Shown here one piece after another: positions 49,491 to 64,000 of a DNA stretch of 64,000 nucleotides. A program made the translations under genes and the position numbers. The notes under the pieces are model-generated. The model made no database searches, had not been told where the DNA came from, and was given only the letters and a program-made list of their open reading frames with translations. The stretch is taken from positions 27,317,561 to 27,381,560 of the forward strand of contig OZ316891.1 of NCBI GenBank assembly GCA_973895155.1, read 5' to 3'. This DNA comes from Marsupella aquatica. Its lineage: Eukaryota; Plantae; Marchantiophyta. The stretch's first letter is position 1. Each line of letters opens with the position of its first letter.

Positions 49491-51896
49491 TGTTTGTCAA
49501 CATAACTATTCACCTTAGCTGCAGAGTCCCTTGCCAATGTAAAAACCAATGATTGTTTGCTAGATGTGCCCCATGTCCAGTCCCCACATTTTTTTGGTAT
49601 TCATTTATCATTTTTTGAAGTGCAATGAGGACAGGAGTGAGGATAAGCCAAAGGAGATGCAGATTAATTACCAGTGACATTTTGACATAGTCTTGATTTT
49701 CTTTCCCTTACTCTAGCAAATCCAGCTATGATGGCCAATCCATTCCCGCCATGTTATCAATCTGTCAACCTCCTTTCACAAAGACTGACAAGCTAAAACA
49801 CAAATAAACTTTTTAAGAACATACACACAAAGAGATGTCGTTGGTAGTTTGGATAACTTTGGAGTGGGTCCAGTTTAGGGTTACCACCAATAACATTGTC
49901 ACCTCTAATTATCAATATAATTCAATATGTTAATTTATTTTTCAAAATTAGGGGTGGCGGTAACTAGTGTCACTTGGTTGAAAATCAAGGGCTACCCCTA
50001 ATTAGTGTGTGTGACACTAAATACTATAAAAAGTGTAGATAAAAACACTACTCAAATGGATTACTGTAGGACATAAAAAAATGTGCTATACTACACTGCT
50101 GCTGCAGGCCGAAAACTTACGATGTCTATTGCAGGAGTCCAAAACGTATTTTTAAACCAAAACAAAGAAAGTGCTTCTAGCCGACCCTTCAGTCGTGTCC
50201 CTGACTACTTGAAGACTGTACCAACCACATCGATACGAGAATGTCTCGCAAGTTGATGTGTATAATAGAGCCGAAGGCATTTTAGACAAGAAAAAATAAA
50301 GAGTTTGCCCAATTGCTCTTTCCTTTGTGCCAATCATGTTGCATTCCCAGGAGGCCCGCTGGCGTACACCATGCTCCACCTGTGGTGCACGGTGGTCCGG
50401 GATCTCATGATTGACACGAGAGCAGCAAGTTAAGTGCTTCTATGATTGATTCAATCAAAGGATAAACGAGCTTCAATCTAGGTGTCAAGGGGCACAAAGT
50501 CATTGTTTTGAGAGCTAACGACTCAGATTCATACCAGGTCTGGTATTGCCCTGACCTTTCGAAGGTGCTCTCTCAATTAAACTGAATGCATCCGTGATTC
50601 TCTTCTAGGTGACTTAAATTATGGACACGTTCTCCTTCGAGACATGAGCACATTATCGATGTGTCATGCCTAGGTGTTCGGATAGGGTCTTCAAGGGTTT
50701 AAGATTGCGTCTGAGCAGGGACTCTTCGTTGTGCTCTACCTTTTGATAGTATATGCAAAACGAACCATAATGCTTCTGAAACTAGGGTCAAAGGAGAATC
50801 ATGAAAAGATCATCATTTCCTGCCGCTGGATTCTCCTTCTTCGCTGCAAGTGAATAGTCTCAATTGGCTTTCTGCCACTACCAAGCTGAGAGGGATGCAT
50901 ACCAACATAGAGGGTACAGAAGAGGATGATAGTGCGGACTGCCTCAGGTCGTGAGGGATCGTTACGCTGAAGTCCGCGCTTCCTTTGGTGCACTTTTCTT
51001 CCTTGCGAGGGATTTCGCCCGAACTCTGTATCTTAGGCTAGATGTGTCTTGGTGTTTCTGTGCGGCCAGGCTCCCTGATCTTGAGGTCCTGGGTCGCACA
51101 GTTTTCATCTTTCCCGGCATCTTTGTGGAATCCCGATGTTTGTAGGATTCTGTGCTGTCATTTTGCAGTTTTCTGTTGCATACTCGGAATTCTGTCTCCA
51201 CATGAGAGGAAATTTTACCTGAAATTCCGGACATGCGTTACCTTGCCTTCTTGGCTTAATTTCTACCTCGGACGAACAAGGAAGCATGTTTCTAACCATG
51301 GAATACCACTTGGAAAGGCTTCTGAAATACTAAAAGTTAAATCTGAATCATTTTGAATTCAACTGAGTTGCCAAGTTATGTGCCTGCTTTGAAATTGCTT
51401 TTATGACGATTTGTAGTTGTTTACCTAGCTCATGCAGCGCATTACATATTCCATTGGCTTTATTGTGAGAGTTTGATTTGATAATGCTTGCTGAGTTCTT
51501 CATGTCCAATCAACTGCTTTGATGGTGAGGAGGAAGTAGGTGGAGCATAGTGCAGCTAAATCCTGGCTGTTGTAATTCTTGCCACACACGCCACGAAGGA
51601 TCCTCCTGAAGTGCCTGCTCAAAGCTCAGCTAAGTTAGGCAGATTCCACTCCCTCCTTTTCGGAATGGAAGTACTGTCAATATGGACGATCTGGGCACGG
51701 CACATGGTTGTCCTACACCTAAATGATTTCTCAATGTAACTGCAAATAATCAGTGGAGCTGTAATGAAGTTAGATCTTGGTGTCATGGAGAAGTCCCGAA
51801 TCCAAGTCAACTTTATTACAAGGCAATGACAGCCTTCATCGGCAAAATGTATCATAATTTGCACATAAATGATGAATTCGTACACGCTTGAATGCT

Positions 51897-54800
51897 TCAT
51901 ATCTGAAAACAATTGTGGATAGCTCTCCCACATGCGGCGATGGAATTGATATTATTTACGGAGGAAATCCCTTCCCAACCCTGATTATTAGAATGGGCCA
52001 TACCCTGGGGAAGAGAAGTATCGTTAACAGGCCTAGAAGTTTGTGGCAGTGTGGGTGTTAGAGGTTTAGTAGGCAAGCGAATGGCAGGGTCAATGTTTTC
52101 AGGCAAACCTCTATGTCGACCACAGAGCATAACTACAACTAAGATTAGTTTCCCTGTTGGAGTCCATGTTCCAGAGAAGCTATAAGGCACTTCCTCGCAT
52201 GGGATTGTCTTGTCAAGGCGTAATTCACAGTGATATCCGATCGATAGCCCAATGCTACCATACGCACTGCAAAGGACAGGAAGATTCAATGATGGGTCTT
52301 GTCAATAATCAAGGAACAAGGCTGATAGCTCTCATAAGTTCACGCACCTACTGCACCTGTTGTTCGAGTTTGACTCATAATGCATGCATTGCAAGCCAAG
52401 CAATCAATCCTGTCTTCCACATAAAACTCTGTTATCAATCCATCACTAGCATCTTGAAACAGAGTTGAGAATTTTCTCACAAATGAGTAAAAATTTGAGG
52501 TAGCCTAATCTGGGCTAATTACCAGGGTTATTCTTGGTAGATTGGGCTAGTCTCATTCACAAGTGGGTGAAAATGCCCTGCCCAAGAGATTGCTGAGAAT
52601 AACTTGAGATTTCCTCTGGTTCAAAGGAAACATTGGGTGGTTTGAAGGAAAGAGTACGAACCTGACCACTTCAAAGACGATGTTGAAAATAGAGAAGTTC
52701 AATGGGTCTTGTTTGATGCTTTCGCTCTCGGAGAGACACAAAAAGAGTATAGCGAAGACCAAGTAGCTGGTGTCTCTAGAAAGGAGTTTCCTGGACTGAA
52801 AAACTATTACATTTCCGAATTTGTTGTGTGTCTTCAACTTCCATTTACTACTTTGAGACGCCACTAGCTCGGTGTCATCGTAGTCGTTAACTTCATTGCT
52901 CGTTTGAAGAGATAAGAATACAGGGTAGGCCGATATATACCTGTAGTGCACAATACGTTTTGACAATAAAATGAGCACTTGGTTACCCTGAGTAATTACT
53001 TTGACATGCATAGCCATGTTGAGTGTATTAATAAAAATTGCATCTCCTATGAAATATATGATTAACCTGTCTCTTCAAGCTTATGTTAATATTTCCTAGC
53101 CAATATTGCTCTCTTTAATTAGACTATTATTTTAAGTACATGTTTTAGAAAAAGAAGCTCCAATGGATTACCAGGTTGACATAGAACTCAGATGGACCAT
53201 TCTGAAACATTATGTTGAAATAAATTGGTATGTGTTTTTTGTACATTCACACTTTTAGGTATGGTAAATGGCTACGTCCATCTCGGTTGGATGTTAAAAT
53301 GTTATTAGTACATCTCAACATCAATCTCATATATTCTAAGAATATTACTGAGAAGGGCATGGATTGGTCCCAGGGGATGTTCAATGAAACGGCTGAAGAG
53401 TTTTAATACTTACATCATGACTACGAAGAGGAATAGTATTGCTGGTGCAAGTCGACCCAGATCAACCACAGTACCACCAGAGCTTCGAGCGCCCACTGCT
53501 TCATAAATTCCAACCACTAACTTTTGCACAGTATTCATTCCACCCAAAGCCTTGTCCCACTCCAAGGCGCACAAGAAGATGAGTTGAAGGCTTGTAAAGG
53601 CCATAAATGCCACAACCAACCACATGGTTTGAGACCTTGGGAATAAGCTGGTAAAGCATCTCCGAGGGTGTTGCAAAAGGTACTCATATACTGGCTTTTC
53701 CATTTCCCCAGCTGCCATGTGATGGATCCAAACCAATAGCCTCAAGGCTGGTGGGTAAAGTGTGTTTCCCAATAATGGTAGAATGGTGTACAGCATCAAC
53801 AAGAGACTACTCTTCTGGAAAGGTATCATGCTGTCGTTAGTCAAGTAGTACCCAGAATTTGAGAATGCAGCCGTTGACGTATAGAATGCATAAAACGTTG
53901 AGTTCATACCTTCTCTTTTGACAATTTCACCGTTATCAGCAAACCGCAGGAGTTGAGAACCTATTATGAACCCTAGGATTTGGACTCCAACAAAAAAACA
54001 AAGAACAACTCTACCGATGACCACAAGGGCTCTGTATTCTACAGTTCTCAGCGCCTCTCTTTTGTCCACACACATTCTAAAACTCCGCTTCTCATCTTCT
54101 CCGTGAAAACTATGGGGATGGTTGATTCCCACTTGTGTAGCATTTGTCTCCCTCGCCTGCGAAGGACTGAGATGAAGGATGACATCCGAGTGTTGTGGAT
54201 TCTCCTTAGAATTGACGACTTCTGTGCCTCCATCATGACTGATTTTCGAGGCTTTGAAGGTTCTAACTTGGGCTCTACATGAATCTGCAGGCTCCTTATA
54301 GTAAGCATCTTCAGTATTTTGTTTGATGCAGAGGTAGAAGTAGAGCCTCCTAATGTAGAGGGGTAAGAGGGAGATAAGAACTGGTGCTCCCATGTTCATC
54401 AAAAACCAAATGACGAATGTATGAAAATATGTGAGATCTTCTGCCCTGATTGTCTGAAACCCTATCCCACATAAGACGGAGAAGGATGTGTACATAGCAT
54501 CCACGAAGCCAAGTTGCCTTGGGTTGGATAGTGGGAGAATGTATATGACCAGGGACCCCAGAGTACCAAGCATGATGAAGTACGTTGCATGAATGCGATA
54601 GAATGTGAAATGTTTCTCAATCCAAGAAAACTTCTGCACCTTGAAAACCATCACGATGATGTCATTTCCTCTACTACGAAGGCCTTCATCAAGACTCCGA
54701 AGCCCCTCATCTAGACTTTTACTCCATCTTCTCACGTGCTCGCTAATTTTCGACCTCACGGTGGGTTCATCGGATGTGCCCACCTCCTCTTGTCCACGCT

Positions 54801-54948
54801 CAATCGACCCAAGGTCAGCACGCCTGGTATTTAGAGGTTGTAAGGGAACTCCTTCATTTGAAAGCAGTGTTGCACTTGACGTAGCAACCTGCTGTTCAGT
54901 CCTAGGGAGACTATCAAAAATATCAGCACTTGTACGGCTGTTTTCCAT
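51897..54948 (-). CDS. HKT: HKT/Trk-family K+/Na+ transporter; exons 54948-53414, 52940-52662, 52266-51897
   Basis: Four pore loops (CGIGF, FSNSGY, ARSSGG, SAYGSIGLS), 'MMYISAYP', 'FNIVFEVVSAYG', 'GRHRGLP'. GT-AG junctions keep the frame (AT|G, AG|T), matching the usual two-intron plant HKT layout. Confidence 0.93.
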
Positions 54949-57900
54949 GATCACACTCTTCTTTTTGAGGTTCTTGCAAGGACATGTGGTAACCTTGTGA
55001 GGATTCACTGGTAAATGCAGGAACTCTGAAGAGAACTATGACCAAACTGGATTGGACACAATGTGTAAGAAGAACTCGTGTGAAGTATTTTGGCGTGTCT
55101 TGTACACATTGCCATAGATGATGAATTTTCGGATAGACAGTGAGGTTCTCCTGCAGTGACGATATTTCAAACGAAGTCAGTGGCATGGTGGCTTTGAGAA
55201 GTGAAATCCGAGAAATTTCTTTCAAGTTAGTGACGCGTCCATTCATTTATCTCAAAGACACTTGAACGCTTGAAAGTCTATCAGGATTGGTGGTACTCTT
55301 GGACCTAGCTTGTATCAGTTTCAGAAAGTAAATAATTGTGATTTTCCATGGAGAAAAATTAGACATCTCCAGGGGAGAAGGTTTTGCTCTGTAGCTGCTG
55401 ACAAATTCTGCTAGGACATCACCTGAAATTCTACCGAGCGAACCTTCCTCCTTAAATCCAATGCAAGCACATGCTTGCTTTCTAATGACTACAAGACCTT
55501 TATGATGTTTAGTGATGAAACCGACGTACCTGATGACATTGGAAGGACTAATTGTCGAAAATTTCGATCATGGTAATCGTCGTCCTGCTTCCACAGGACG
55601 CCACTAGCACATCTGCCTCAATTCAGGACGATACAGCGCGCCATCCTACCTTATTGTTCAAGTAATTAAAACGATTTAGCAACACTGACGCCAATGTAGA
55701 GGAGTAAGCGCAACTGGAAACATGCCGGGGTACCTTACTCTAAGCATTTACTCCATATGATGACATTCATTTGAAGGTATGTTTGATCGGTGGCACACGT
55801 TTGACTTCGAGTACGAATCGTCTACCGTAACTTTCTGTAGGATTGGAATCCCATGATGAGTAAGGGACTTTCTTCTGAGGAACGTCGGGATGATACAAGC
55901 AGGAGACTGTCCGCGACTTTCGTCGCAAGATTCTTGCACATCCAACCCAGGAAAGTTTTACAGGCGTAAGTCGTACTCGAGGTCAAACTGTGTGCGTACA
56001 AACTGAGAAGACGATCATGTCATGGGCAACTCTGTACATCCGCCGATACATCTCAAACTTACGTATCATTCCAGGAGAAGAGACTCTGTTCATAGTTGGA
56101 AATCAAATTCAGGTTCGCCATTGTCGAAAGAATTGCAAGTGGCACAAGTGGCAACTTGCAATGATTATCGCATGAATGCATTCCTTTCTCAGGACGAGCA
56201 TAAGCGTTGGACTGTAGGAAAGACTATAGTCGAAAAGACTATAGTCGAGAAGATCATGCATGATTCCGACAGCAACCCTTAAGTATACAGACAATGAGAG
56301 AGCACGTAATTGTCAGTGTCGTACCTTGTTCTCGAATTCAGTTCAACGCTATCAGCCACTTGAGAATCACCAGGTACCCGTGTGCCCGCGTACTGCGAGC
56401 CGTTTATCTATGAAGCCAGTCACGACTAGACAGCCAGAGTCGGAATAAATGTAAGGCAGTTGCTTCAAACACTTCAAACTCTGATCAAGCCATGGAATTC
56501 ACGTATACAACTGAATTCACAACTTAGTCTGCCTAAGATGTTGGAGTGTGCTTTGTTGGAGTGTTCAATTCTTTGGAGTCTAAGATTGCCCGTCCTGTCA
56601 CCTAGGACAGATGTCCAGTTTCGATCCGGGCATATATAGGACATCGTGCCTTTCCGGTGCAATCAGGTATGCAACTCCTTCCTGAATAATTGAATGTCAC
56701 GTTAACGATGATAAATTTGAACATGCCGAAGCATGGGAAAGGACGACTCTCCAGAAGGGCGTGAGCAAGGACACGGCACTGGTTGTTACTTTAAAGCTTG
56801 ACAGCTCGGAGGAATGAGAACGGCAAGCCATAGTAGCCGCTGTACTTTCATATTCATTATTATACCGGTAAGCTTGGCAAGAGCAGTTTAACAAATCGCG
56901 ATATCAATAAACTAATAAAGCGACCAAAAACACATTCGTACTTCCAATGAATCCCAGATCTTGATGCATCTTACCTGCAGACTGCAGCACTGGAGATATT
57001 CCATTGGTGAGATTTACTAAAAGTCGGCGCAACGGAGGGATATCCTGACAAGTTAGTACGACAGATACGCTCAACAGCAGACAGTTAATGTACCCGATAT
57101 CTCCTCGCTCTAGACATACGTTCGTTTCATTAACCTATCTCCCCCGGCCTGATCAAGCTCGATCGTCTTGCTTGAAAATCTGCCTCGAGCTCGACATGCC
57201 TGCAGGACGGAGGATCCAACAGCGAAGAAACGATTTAATCGGTTGAGAATGCGTCGCAGGAATTACACCAAACTACTAAGCAAGCGGCCATTGTGTTCCA
57301 GTGTTACAGATTGAGGGACCAGCTACCCTCGACATTATTGCTACATGTAACTTTTTATGTAGTTAGTGTTCTTCCATGGGGTATCTTACGTACGTTTCAG
57401 CTTGAGCGGGAGGTCGTTAGGGGAAATAGACGGGACAATCTGCTGACAACCGGCCCCGATCTGTAGATGAGAACGTCGGCCTGACGAACTGGCTCGGGAA
57501 CTGGCTTTGCTCACGATCACCTCGGACAGCCAGTGCTCTAACTGAAGTCAGTGCTTCGTTATGACAAACGTCATCTGCAATCGAAGGATGCTTCGGGACG
57601 ATGACTGTATTACGATGTCAACCTTGTTGCCTTACGTAATCCAAAATGATTTTGTCGCGTACGTATTGTCATCATGCATCTGGCCGAACTCTAAAAGAAT
57701 TATGTGTAGGAGAACGGACTCTCAAGTGATTAGCTGAACAGTAAGTAATGGTGTCCAAATCGCCTCTGTGCTTACGAGCAGCTGATAGTGAGAGCATATG
57801 ATTCGACAGAATGCAAGCGCAAGCTGGCTAGCTCAAGACATGGATCCCGACCTGGATCCAGTGAGTAGAGCCTGCTATTCCGTGCTGGATTTCCTCCAGC

Positions 57901-60237
57901 TCGTCGCACCAATTGATCAAAACTAAGCTTGCGGCAACCGGCTCTTCAATTGAGCGTGTACAGAGCTTGCTTTTCGATGATGGATGAGCCAAAGCATGTA
58001 GCTCCAGTTAATCAAAACTCGCCCCGAAGGTCAAAATTCGCCCCGATGGTTTTAGCTTTCGCTTTAGACCTTCATTACATTTGTGTTAGATCAAGAAAGC
58101 CGCCATTCGTGTACCCAAACAATGACTCTTCGAATTTGCCTTAGTCATCGCCGGCGACCTGCATCCTCAGGTACAGGTTTCTCAGGTATCACATCTCAAG
58201 AACAGCTAGCGAGCACCGGACTTGAGATAGGATACGCCTTACTCCACTCTGCTGCCGAAAGCTATCGCGCTAAAACAGGTCGAGAGAAGGTGCACGGGAT
58301 CCTCAGATATCGACCGGAATTAAATATTCAGGGTACCAACCGACTAACGAAGTCTCAAGCAATGGACGGGAAATTGCGAATGGTCCTCGTGAACTCGCTA
58401 GCTACATACACTCCAGGAGTGCTGTGCAGCGTTAACAGCTAAGCACGTGATAGCGCGGAGGAACGCAAGTCGAACATGTACTGGTAAATCTCGAGCCAAC
58501 CGTACATGGTATAGAATAGAAACTAGTTTCAAGGTTAGGATTTACAATCTGAAAAACTTTCTAGTCAGCGAAACCCGGCCTGGTTGCGAGCTTAAAGTAG
58601 TCGTCCCTCATGGACCGGTCTCAAATCGCAGAACGGTGGGACTGTTGACTGGCGCAAGCCATCCAACGCGAGGCCGGGTGAGAAGGAATTGAACGGTACG
58701 TTACCATATAGCGAGAACGATAGGCATGCGCATGGAACAACCTGCGCATTCCTTATGAGGTCTCGTGTTGAGAAGAAGTTGGCTGGGTATTGCATTTCGG
58801 CGGGCTGGTCGGCAGTTGGGCCCAAGCGTAGAGACAGGTGACAACTGGCACTAGGAGCAAACAAAACTTAATCCATTTAACTGTACAGCGCGAGCGAGCT
58901 AGTGAGGCAGCTGGTCAGCTAGTATATACGTAGGAAACAATACTTCCCGCTGGCATTGATATCGATGGTTGTCTACCTAATATGCATTTGAGAGCAGGTC
59001 AAAGGGCAATTAGTTAGTTCCGTTAGAAGCCAAATCTAGTCAAGCTTCTTCAGACACGCCATTTCTCAAATCGAATGTTCATTCGACTGCTTCGTAGGGA
59101 TCGTCATACGACGGATCGTTCGTTATCTCCGACCTAGAATACGATAGCTGTTGAAAGTTAAGTTTCTTCCTAGTACGGAATGATTACATACTGTCGCAAA
59201 GTGAAGAGCCTTGGCAATGAGTGAAACAGTTACAGCCTGATTCGAGGCGCTAGTAGCCATATCGATGAATAAGACCCCTGCGACCAGTAATTACTTCGAT
59301 TGGGAAGGATCGAAGCGTTTCTTCCAACTGAAGAGCATCAGTCACGAAACTCGATTTCGAAAGTGAGCACGTGCGGAGTGTGAGCTGACGCTGTCGATTC
59401 TGTGTTCCGAATAGAAACGAATTCTTGTTAATATGAAGTTTCCCGACACATCTACTGCTTCTGAAACCCGAATGATCTGGCCGTGATTTCATCCCCAAGA
59501 ATCTAGCTGCGGCAATTTTAGGCTAGTAGGTCCGAGAACAAACGAAACAACGTGGACTCAACTCCCACCAAACGTCAATGAAAGAAACAGGTGTAAACCA
59601 ACAAAGGATGCCAACAGTGACAGCATCACGGACGAGTCATTTTCATGCCGGCAGCGTTACATTACTTCAGCTCGATCTATGGAGAAAAGGTTGGTCGATC
59701 AAGGCACCCACTGTACTCTCTGCTGACACGGAGTTCTTTCGCAGCTACGCCGTGAAAGTGAATGAAAGTAACGGAGGATCGGAGATAAAGTTTGACAGAC
59801 TTCATGTATAGGGTAATGCAGGTCTGGAGGGTTACTAGAGTGTAACCTTGTTTCCGGAATATGAAAAGAGGCAGAATATGAAAAGAAGCTGACCTCCGCC
59901 GGTCAGTTTCTTTGAATATTCCGGGAGCATATAACCCAACCTTGCCCGGAAAGAGGTTACTGGCTCGACTTTTCAGGACAGCAGATTATGACTATAGCAG
60001 GCCCCTGCAGAAATGGTTACACACCGGTAACCTCTTCTCCTGACAGGAATTACGGAGCTCTTGTGGGAATGTCACACCGTGGCCCGTACGGGAAGTGTGG
60101 CATTCTAGTACTCTCCAATCGCATATGCCTGGGATAACCATCCTTGGTTAGAATGAACCCGAGTTGGTCCTGTTGTGAGCTCTCCTGTGCTTTACTGAAC
60201 TACATCTTATTACTGATTCGTGAACAGAAGCTATAAT

Positions 60238-60352
60238 TGGGGTCTAGGTTCCTAGAATTAAGTTTTTGGGGTCCAGGTTTCGTAGCTACAATCGGGGTCT
60301 AGGTTTCTAGAGTGAAGCTTTTGGGGTCTAGGTTTGGAGAGTGAAGCTTCTA
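60238..60352. repeat. Degenerate ~28-bp tandem repeat (GGGGTCTAGGTTT...), four copies
   Basis: Read directly from the sequence. Confidence 0.75.
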
Positions 60353-62299
60353 GATAGATTGAGAGGATGGGAGGTATTGTATGTCAAGATATGATGTATG
60401 GTTGTTTTTGTCATCATCTTTTTAGTTATTCAAAGAATGAGCATACATATATTCCAGAAAACAAAATGTGTCAAAACAAAAGGTGCCTAACCTGGAGATG
60501 TCCAACTGGAAACATGCTCCCACATGCAAAATTATACCTAACCAAGGAGAGGGAACCAAAGTCAGAGGGAGAGTCAGAGCTAAAGAGACTAGTGACCCAA
60601 AGACCTAAACTACCTATTGGAACTGATGAACAAAATGGATTAACCCTAATGTGACCCCAAATCTCTCTCCTCCATCCTAAAGCCAAAATATTGCAAATAA
60701 TAGGATACTAGTCCAACGTATTGTTGATTGATAGTGGGTGATGTTAAACAAAAATGTTGTCATGCAAGTGAGATGGCCATAATGAGCACTAGAGTAAATT
60801 GATGTCACAAACACCAGTACATATCATAGTGTTTAAATAACTATATTCTTAAATCCTGAATTATAACACATTGCCCATGATACAGTTTTTGATAAAGCTG
60901 TTGGGTTCTCGCTTTTTGGTAAGATTGACACTTCCATCCAAACCCAGAAGAGAAATCTAGGGCAAATGCTTTTGCCGGCTGAAATGCTTAATACTCTTTG
61001 GCTTGAAAGATGCCCCAAAATTTTCATTGCATCCTCTATTAGATTTCCTCTGCATCTCATCCTCAATAGCGCCATGCTGCATGCTAACATTCTTCTGCAG
61101 CAGACAAAGACTCTCAAAAAGAAATCTGCTATCACTAAGGCCAGAGATGGACTTGCTACCATGGTCACTAGAGCCACTGACCGGCACAACAACACCTTAA
61201 CCAGCAGCCATGCAGGAACAAACTAGGATTTGGGGTTATTGGTAGGATTTGTAAGAGCTGCCCCACCTCCCCTTGGCTGGGTGGAGGTTGGCAAGCTTGT
61301 AGTGGCAGCACCTCTTGCTCCGATCACAATAGTAAGCAACCTAAGAAAAGGTCTCTGTCCTTTAGGTGCAGGAGTAGGCATACCAGGTGGGATTATTCTG
61401 AACCTAGGGACTTTGCTATCTCTCATTGGAGGCCCATCCATTGGAACTCCCTGGATGTGGGATTGTAAGTGGATTCATTTTTTGGCCATTAGTAGATGGT
61501 TGACTAGGACTCATTTTCTCCCTAAAGTCTTGACCTAGGAGCCAAGGGCTTTGTTTTCTTGGGTGCCGGTGTTGTTGAGGCCTATGCCAGTGTTCTTTTG
61601 CTTGCTCCTGGGTTTTGCCCCTTGCGCCCCCTCTGGTCCTTGCTGTGGGGTTTCTTGGGGCCTTTTCTGTTTTTGTTATAAATTTTAGTTTTAAATAATT
61701 TATTTTTTAAAAAGTTCTGAATTATAGAAGCAAGAATGTATATTCTCACCTTGTGGAAGTCTATCCAAATATCTTGTGAAACTATTGTGATCGATGAGAG
61801 CTTCAATTTGTATAAACTTACTTAAACCACAATCATTTCAAAATTTTGCTGTGTATTTTTTCCACTTTCTAAAGTAATGCACCACGTGGAGTGTCACTCA
61901 ACGAAAAATTAGTTTGTGGATCCCTGGCTACATTTTTGGGCTTGGTTTGAGTAATAATGTATGTAATATTAGCTTTAGCTCGAGTTGTGAGAGGCAGAAA
62001 GGTATAAAACCCCAAAGACTTCCAAAATAAGTGGGTAAAACCAACGTTGCTAACCATGGTTATCTCCTCAGCCCTGGTTGCGCACTTTGGGGCCCTGGTT
62101 TAACCCTCTCTCCCTCCTGGCCTGGTCTATGCCAGATCCTTGAGTATTTTGCCCTTGAAGCTACCCTACATAGAATTGCATGCTCCAGAGCAAGGGCCTG
62201 CTTTGGTTTTCAAGGCAAAATCTTCTGTTGGATGTTTTTGCCTATGTTGGACAGGCCTGCTTTAGGTTTTCAAGGCAAAGGAAAACCAACCCCCCTTAA

Positions 62300-62482
62300 A
62301 GGAAAACCTGGCACAACACTGACTTTTCTTTGTATCGACCAAACAGTGTTTACAGCCCAAAAAGTGAGCTTGTTTATCTGATAGAATCTGAAGGAAAACC
62401 TGACATAACACTGACTTTTCTTTGTATCGACCAAACAGTGTTTACAGCCAAAAAAGTGAGCACGGTTATCTGATAGCATCTG
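62300..62482. repeat. ~91-bp tandem duplication
   Basis: AGGAAAACCTG.CA.AACACTGACTTTTCTTTGTATCGACCAAACAGTGTTTACAGCC.AAAAAGTGAGC occurs twice. Confidence 0.9.
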
Positions 62483-63212
62483 ATGCTTGGATGGATCTTT
62501 GGCCTATCCAAACATCATCTTCCTAGAAGTTGCAATGGATAATGACTGCACATTTTTAATCAGAGGCCATGGATGATTCAAAATGTTACACCGCTCATTA
62601 TCTTGTAGCTGCTGTTCACTGAATCACTGAATGTGTTCAACAGCATTAAGTCGAAGGAATGCTCGCATCATTCTGCTGAACAAGTCTTCCACTTCGGTAC
62701 CTTCAAAACGCCATCGCCATATCCTTCACAGCCCCCGTTCTCACAAAAGTGGAAATCATGGGCTCCGACAGAGCTTGAAAACATCGTAGGGGTCGATCAG
62801 TAAGAGAGCGCGACGAGAATTCGGAAAAAGTACTCATGAGGAATCGCCTTTTGCAGATCCTTTCCAGGCACTGAGGAGAATCTTTTCTCGGCGCACACTA
62901 ACGCGTCCTGATATCTCGATGTGATAAGGAGCAAGCCGATCAAAGACTTGGCCTCTGGAAAGTTCAATCGAGATGCTGAGGCGGTCGTTCACACTGTAGG
63001 TACGCGAAAGCTGGATGTCTGTGCGAGCTGGTGAATGACCGACCCCTCCCGGCCAGCCAATCTATACTGACCTCCATTTCGATCGTATGCGTAGTGGACA
63101 CTGACGCAAAGCTCTTCGAGTCACGTCAGTAGCTCCGGACAAGTAACCCAGCGTCGTCGCAAAACTTCAATAAGTCAAATTAGAAAATACATCTTTGCAC
63201 AACGCTAGTAGT

Positions 63213-63599
63213 ATGGCCCTCGCTATGGCGTCCTGCAGTTATGCAAGCCAAGTCTTGCACCAATCTTTAGCACTACCGAGTTCGAAAGTCTGGACCGCTC
63301 GAAGTAATGTAATTCGATTCACCCGCAATCGGCAATTTAGGTCTTCGTTTTTGGCGAAGGGACTTTTGCCGAGCGAGAAGGTCTGGCAGCGTCGTGTTTT
63401 TGGTGCCGTTGTTGTGGACGGTGTCGCTCGTCCTGCCACAGCGAAAGGAGTGGTGGTGGCAGCAGCAGGGCGTGTAGTTGCTGCCGCTGCTGCAGCTTCT
63501 TCTACTCTCCTTGAGGCTCTTCTATTCGACTGCGATGGTGTTTTGGTCGATACGGAGAGGGATGGGCATCGCATTAGCTTCAACATTGCCTTCGCTGAG
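63213..63599 (+). CDS. CBBY: Exon 1 of a chloroplast CbbY-like HAD-superfamily hydrolase
   Basis: Transit-peptide-like N-terminus, then 'ALLFDCDGVLVDTERDGHRISFN' (HAD motif I, DxDGV); donor GAG|GTGCGT at 63599/63600. Confidence 0.85.
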
Positions 63600-64000
63600 G
63601 TGCGTCGCCCCTCCCCGGACGAAGCCTCCCTTTTGCGATTGCGATTCATGAGGGGATTAGCAGGAGATGGCAGATAAATGTTGGCCTCTTTGGCTGAAAG
63701 CTTGAGCTCCAACTCATGAAGAGTGGGGTTTCTTCCTCACTTGGAAGCTTCTGATCTCTATGTGTTGGAGCTTAAGTTTTCTGTCAATCATGTCTAAGTT
63801 ACATCCAAATCTAAGTTTCGCATTGAACAGAGTCATCCACGATTCAAGCGGAACTTCCTGTTGTCCATGAACTAAAATTTGATGCGATAAGGGCCATGAC
63901 CATCTCAAGGATTACTAATTTTTATTGTAATTTGCCAGTTCAAGCTATCTGCTTTGGTGTTGCCGCTGACTTTCTCTGAGTTTTACATTTTTGCTGTATC

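Noticed and set aside
52553-53017. Independent ORFs at 52553-53017 and 51897-52289
   Set aside because: These are HKT exons 2 and 3 read through into introns.
55000-63200. Many short ORFs between HKT and CbbY, including 60833-61538
   Set aside because: No recognisable motifs; treated as intergenic, UTR or decayed repeat sequence.

Overview
Repeat-rich nuclear DNA from a land plant, probably a non-seed plant such as a bryophyte or lycophyte (inference from the TE types and host genes). The left ~50 kb is nested mobile DNA. (i) Two diverged minus-strand multi-exon pseudogenes share the domain order ParB/Srx-like, beta-class N6/N4 DNA-methyltransferase-like, Ulp1/SENP (C48) protease-like (copy A ~27-2942; copy B ~5950-18728, rebuilt by removing three insertions with clean TSDs). 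Each lies among its own family of dispersed palindromes, and copy B sits beside a divergent Sola-like DD(E/D) transposase. (ii) Two full-length L1-clade LINEs and one 5'-truncated LINE. (iii) A Ty3/gypsy element whose pol carries an in-frame DNMT3-like C5 cytosine methyltransferase and ends in a PHD finger. (iv) Three copies of a ~287-bp MITE and a CACTA-like remnant. The right end has host genes: a 3-exon HKT/Trk cation transporter (minus) and exon 1 of a plastid CbbY-type HAD hydrolase (plus). All domain calls come from motifs read by eye; no database search was run.
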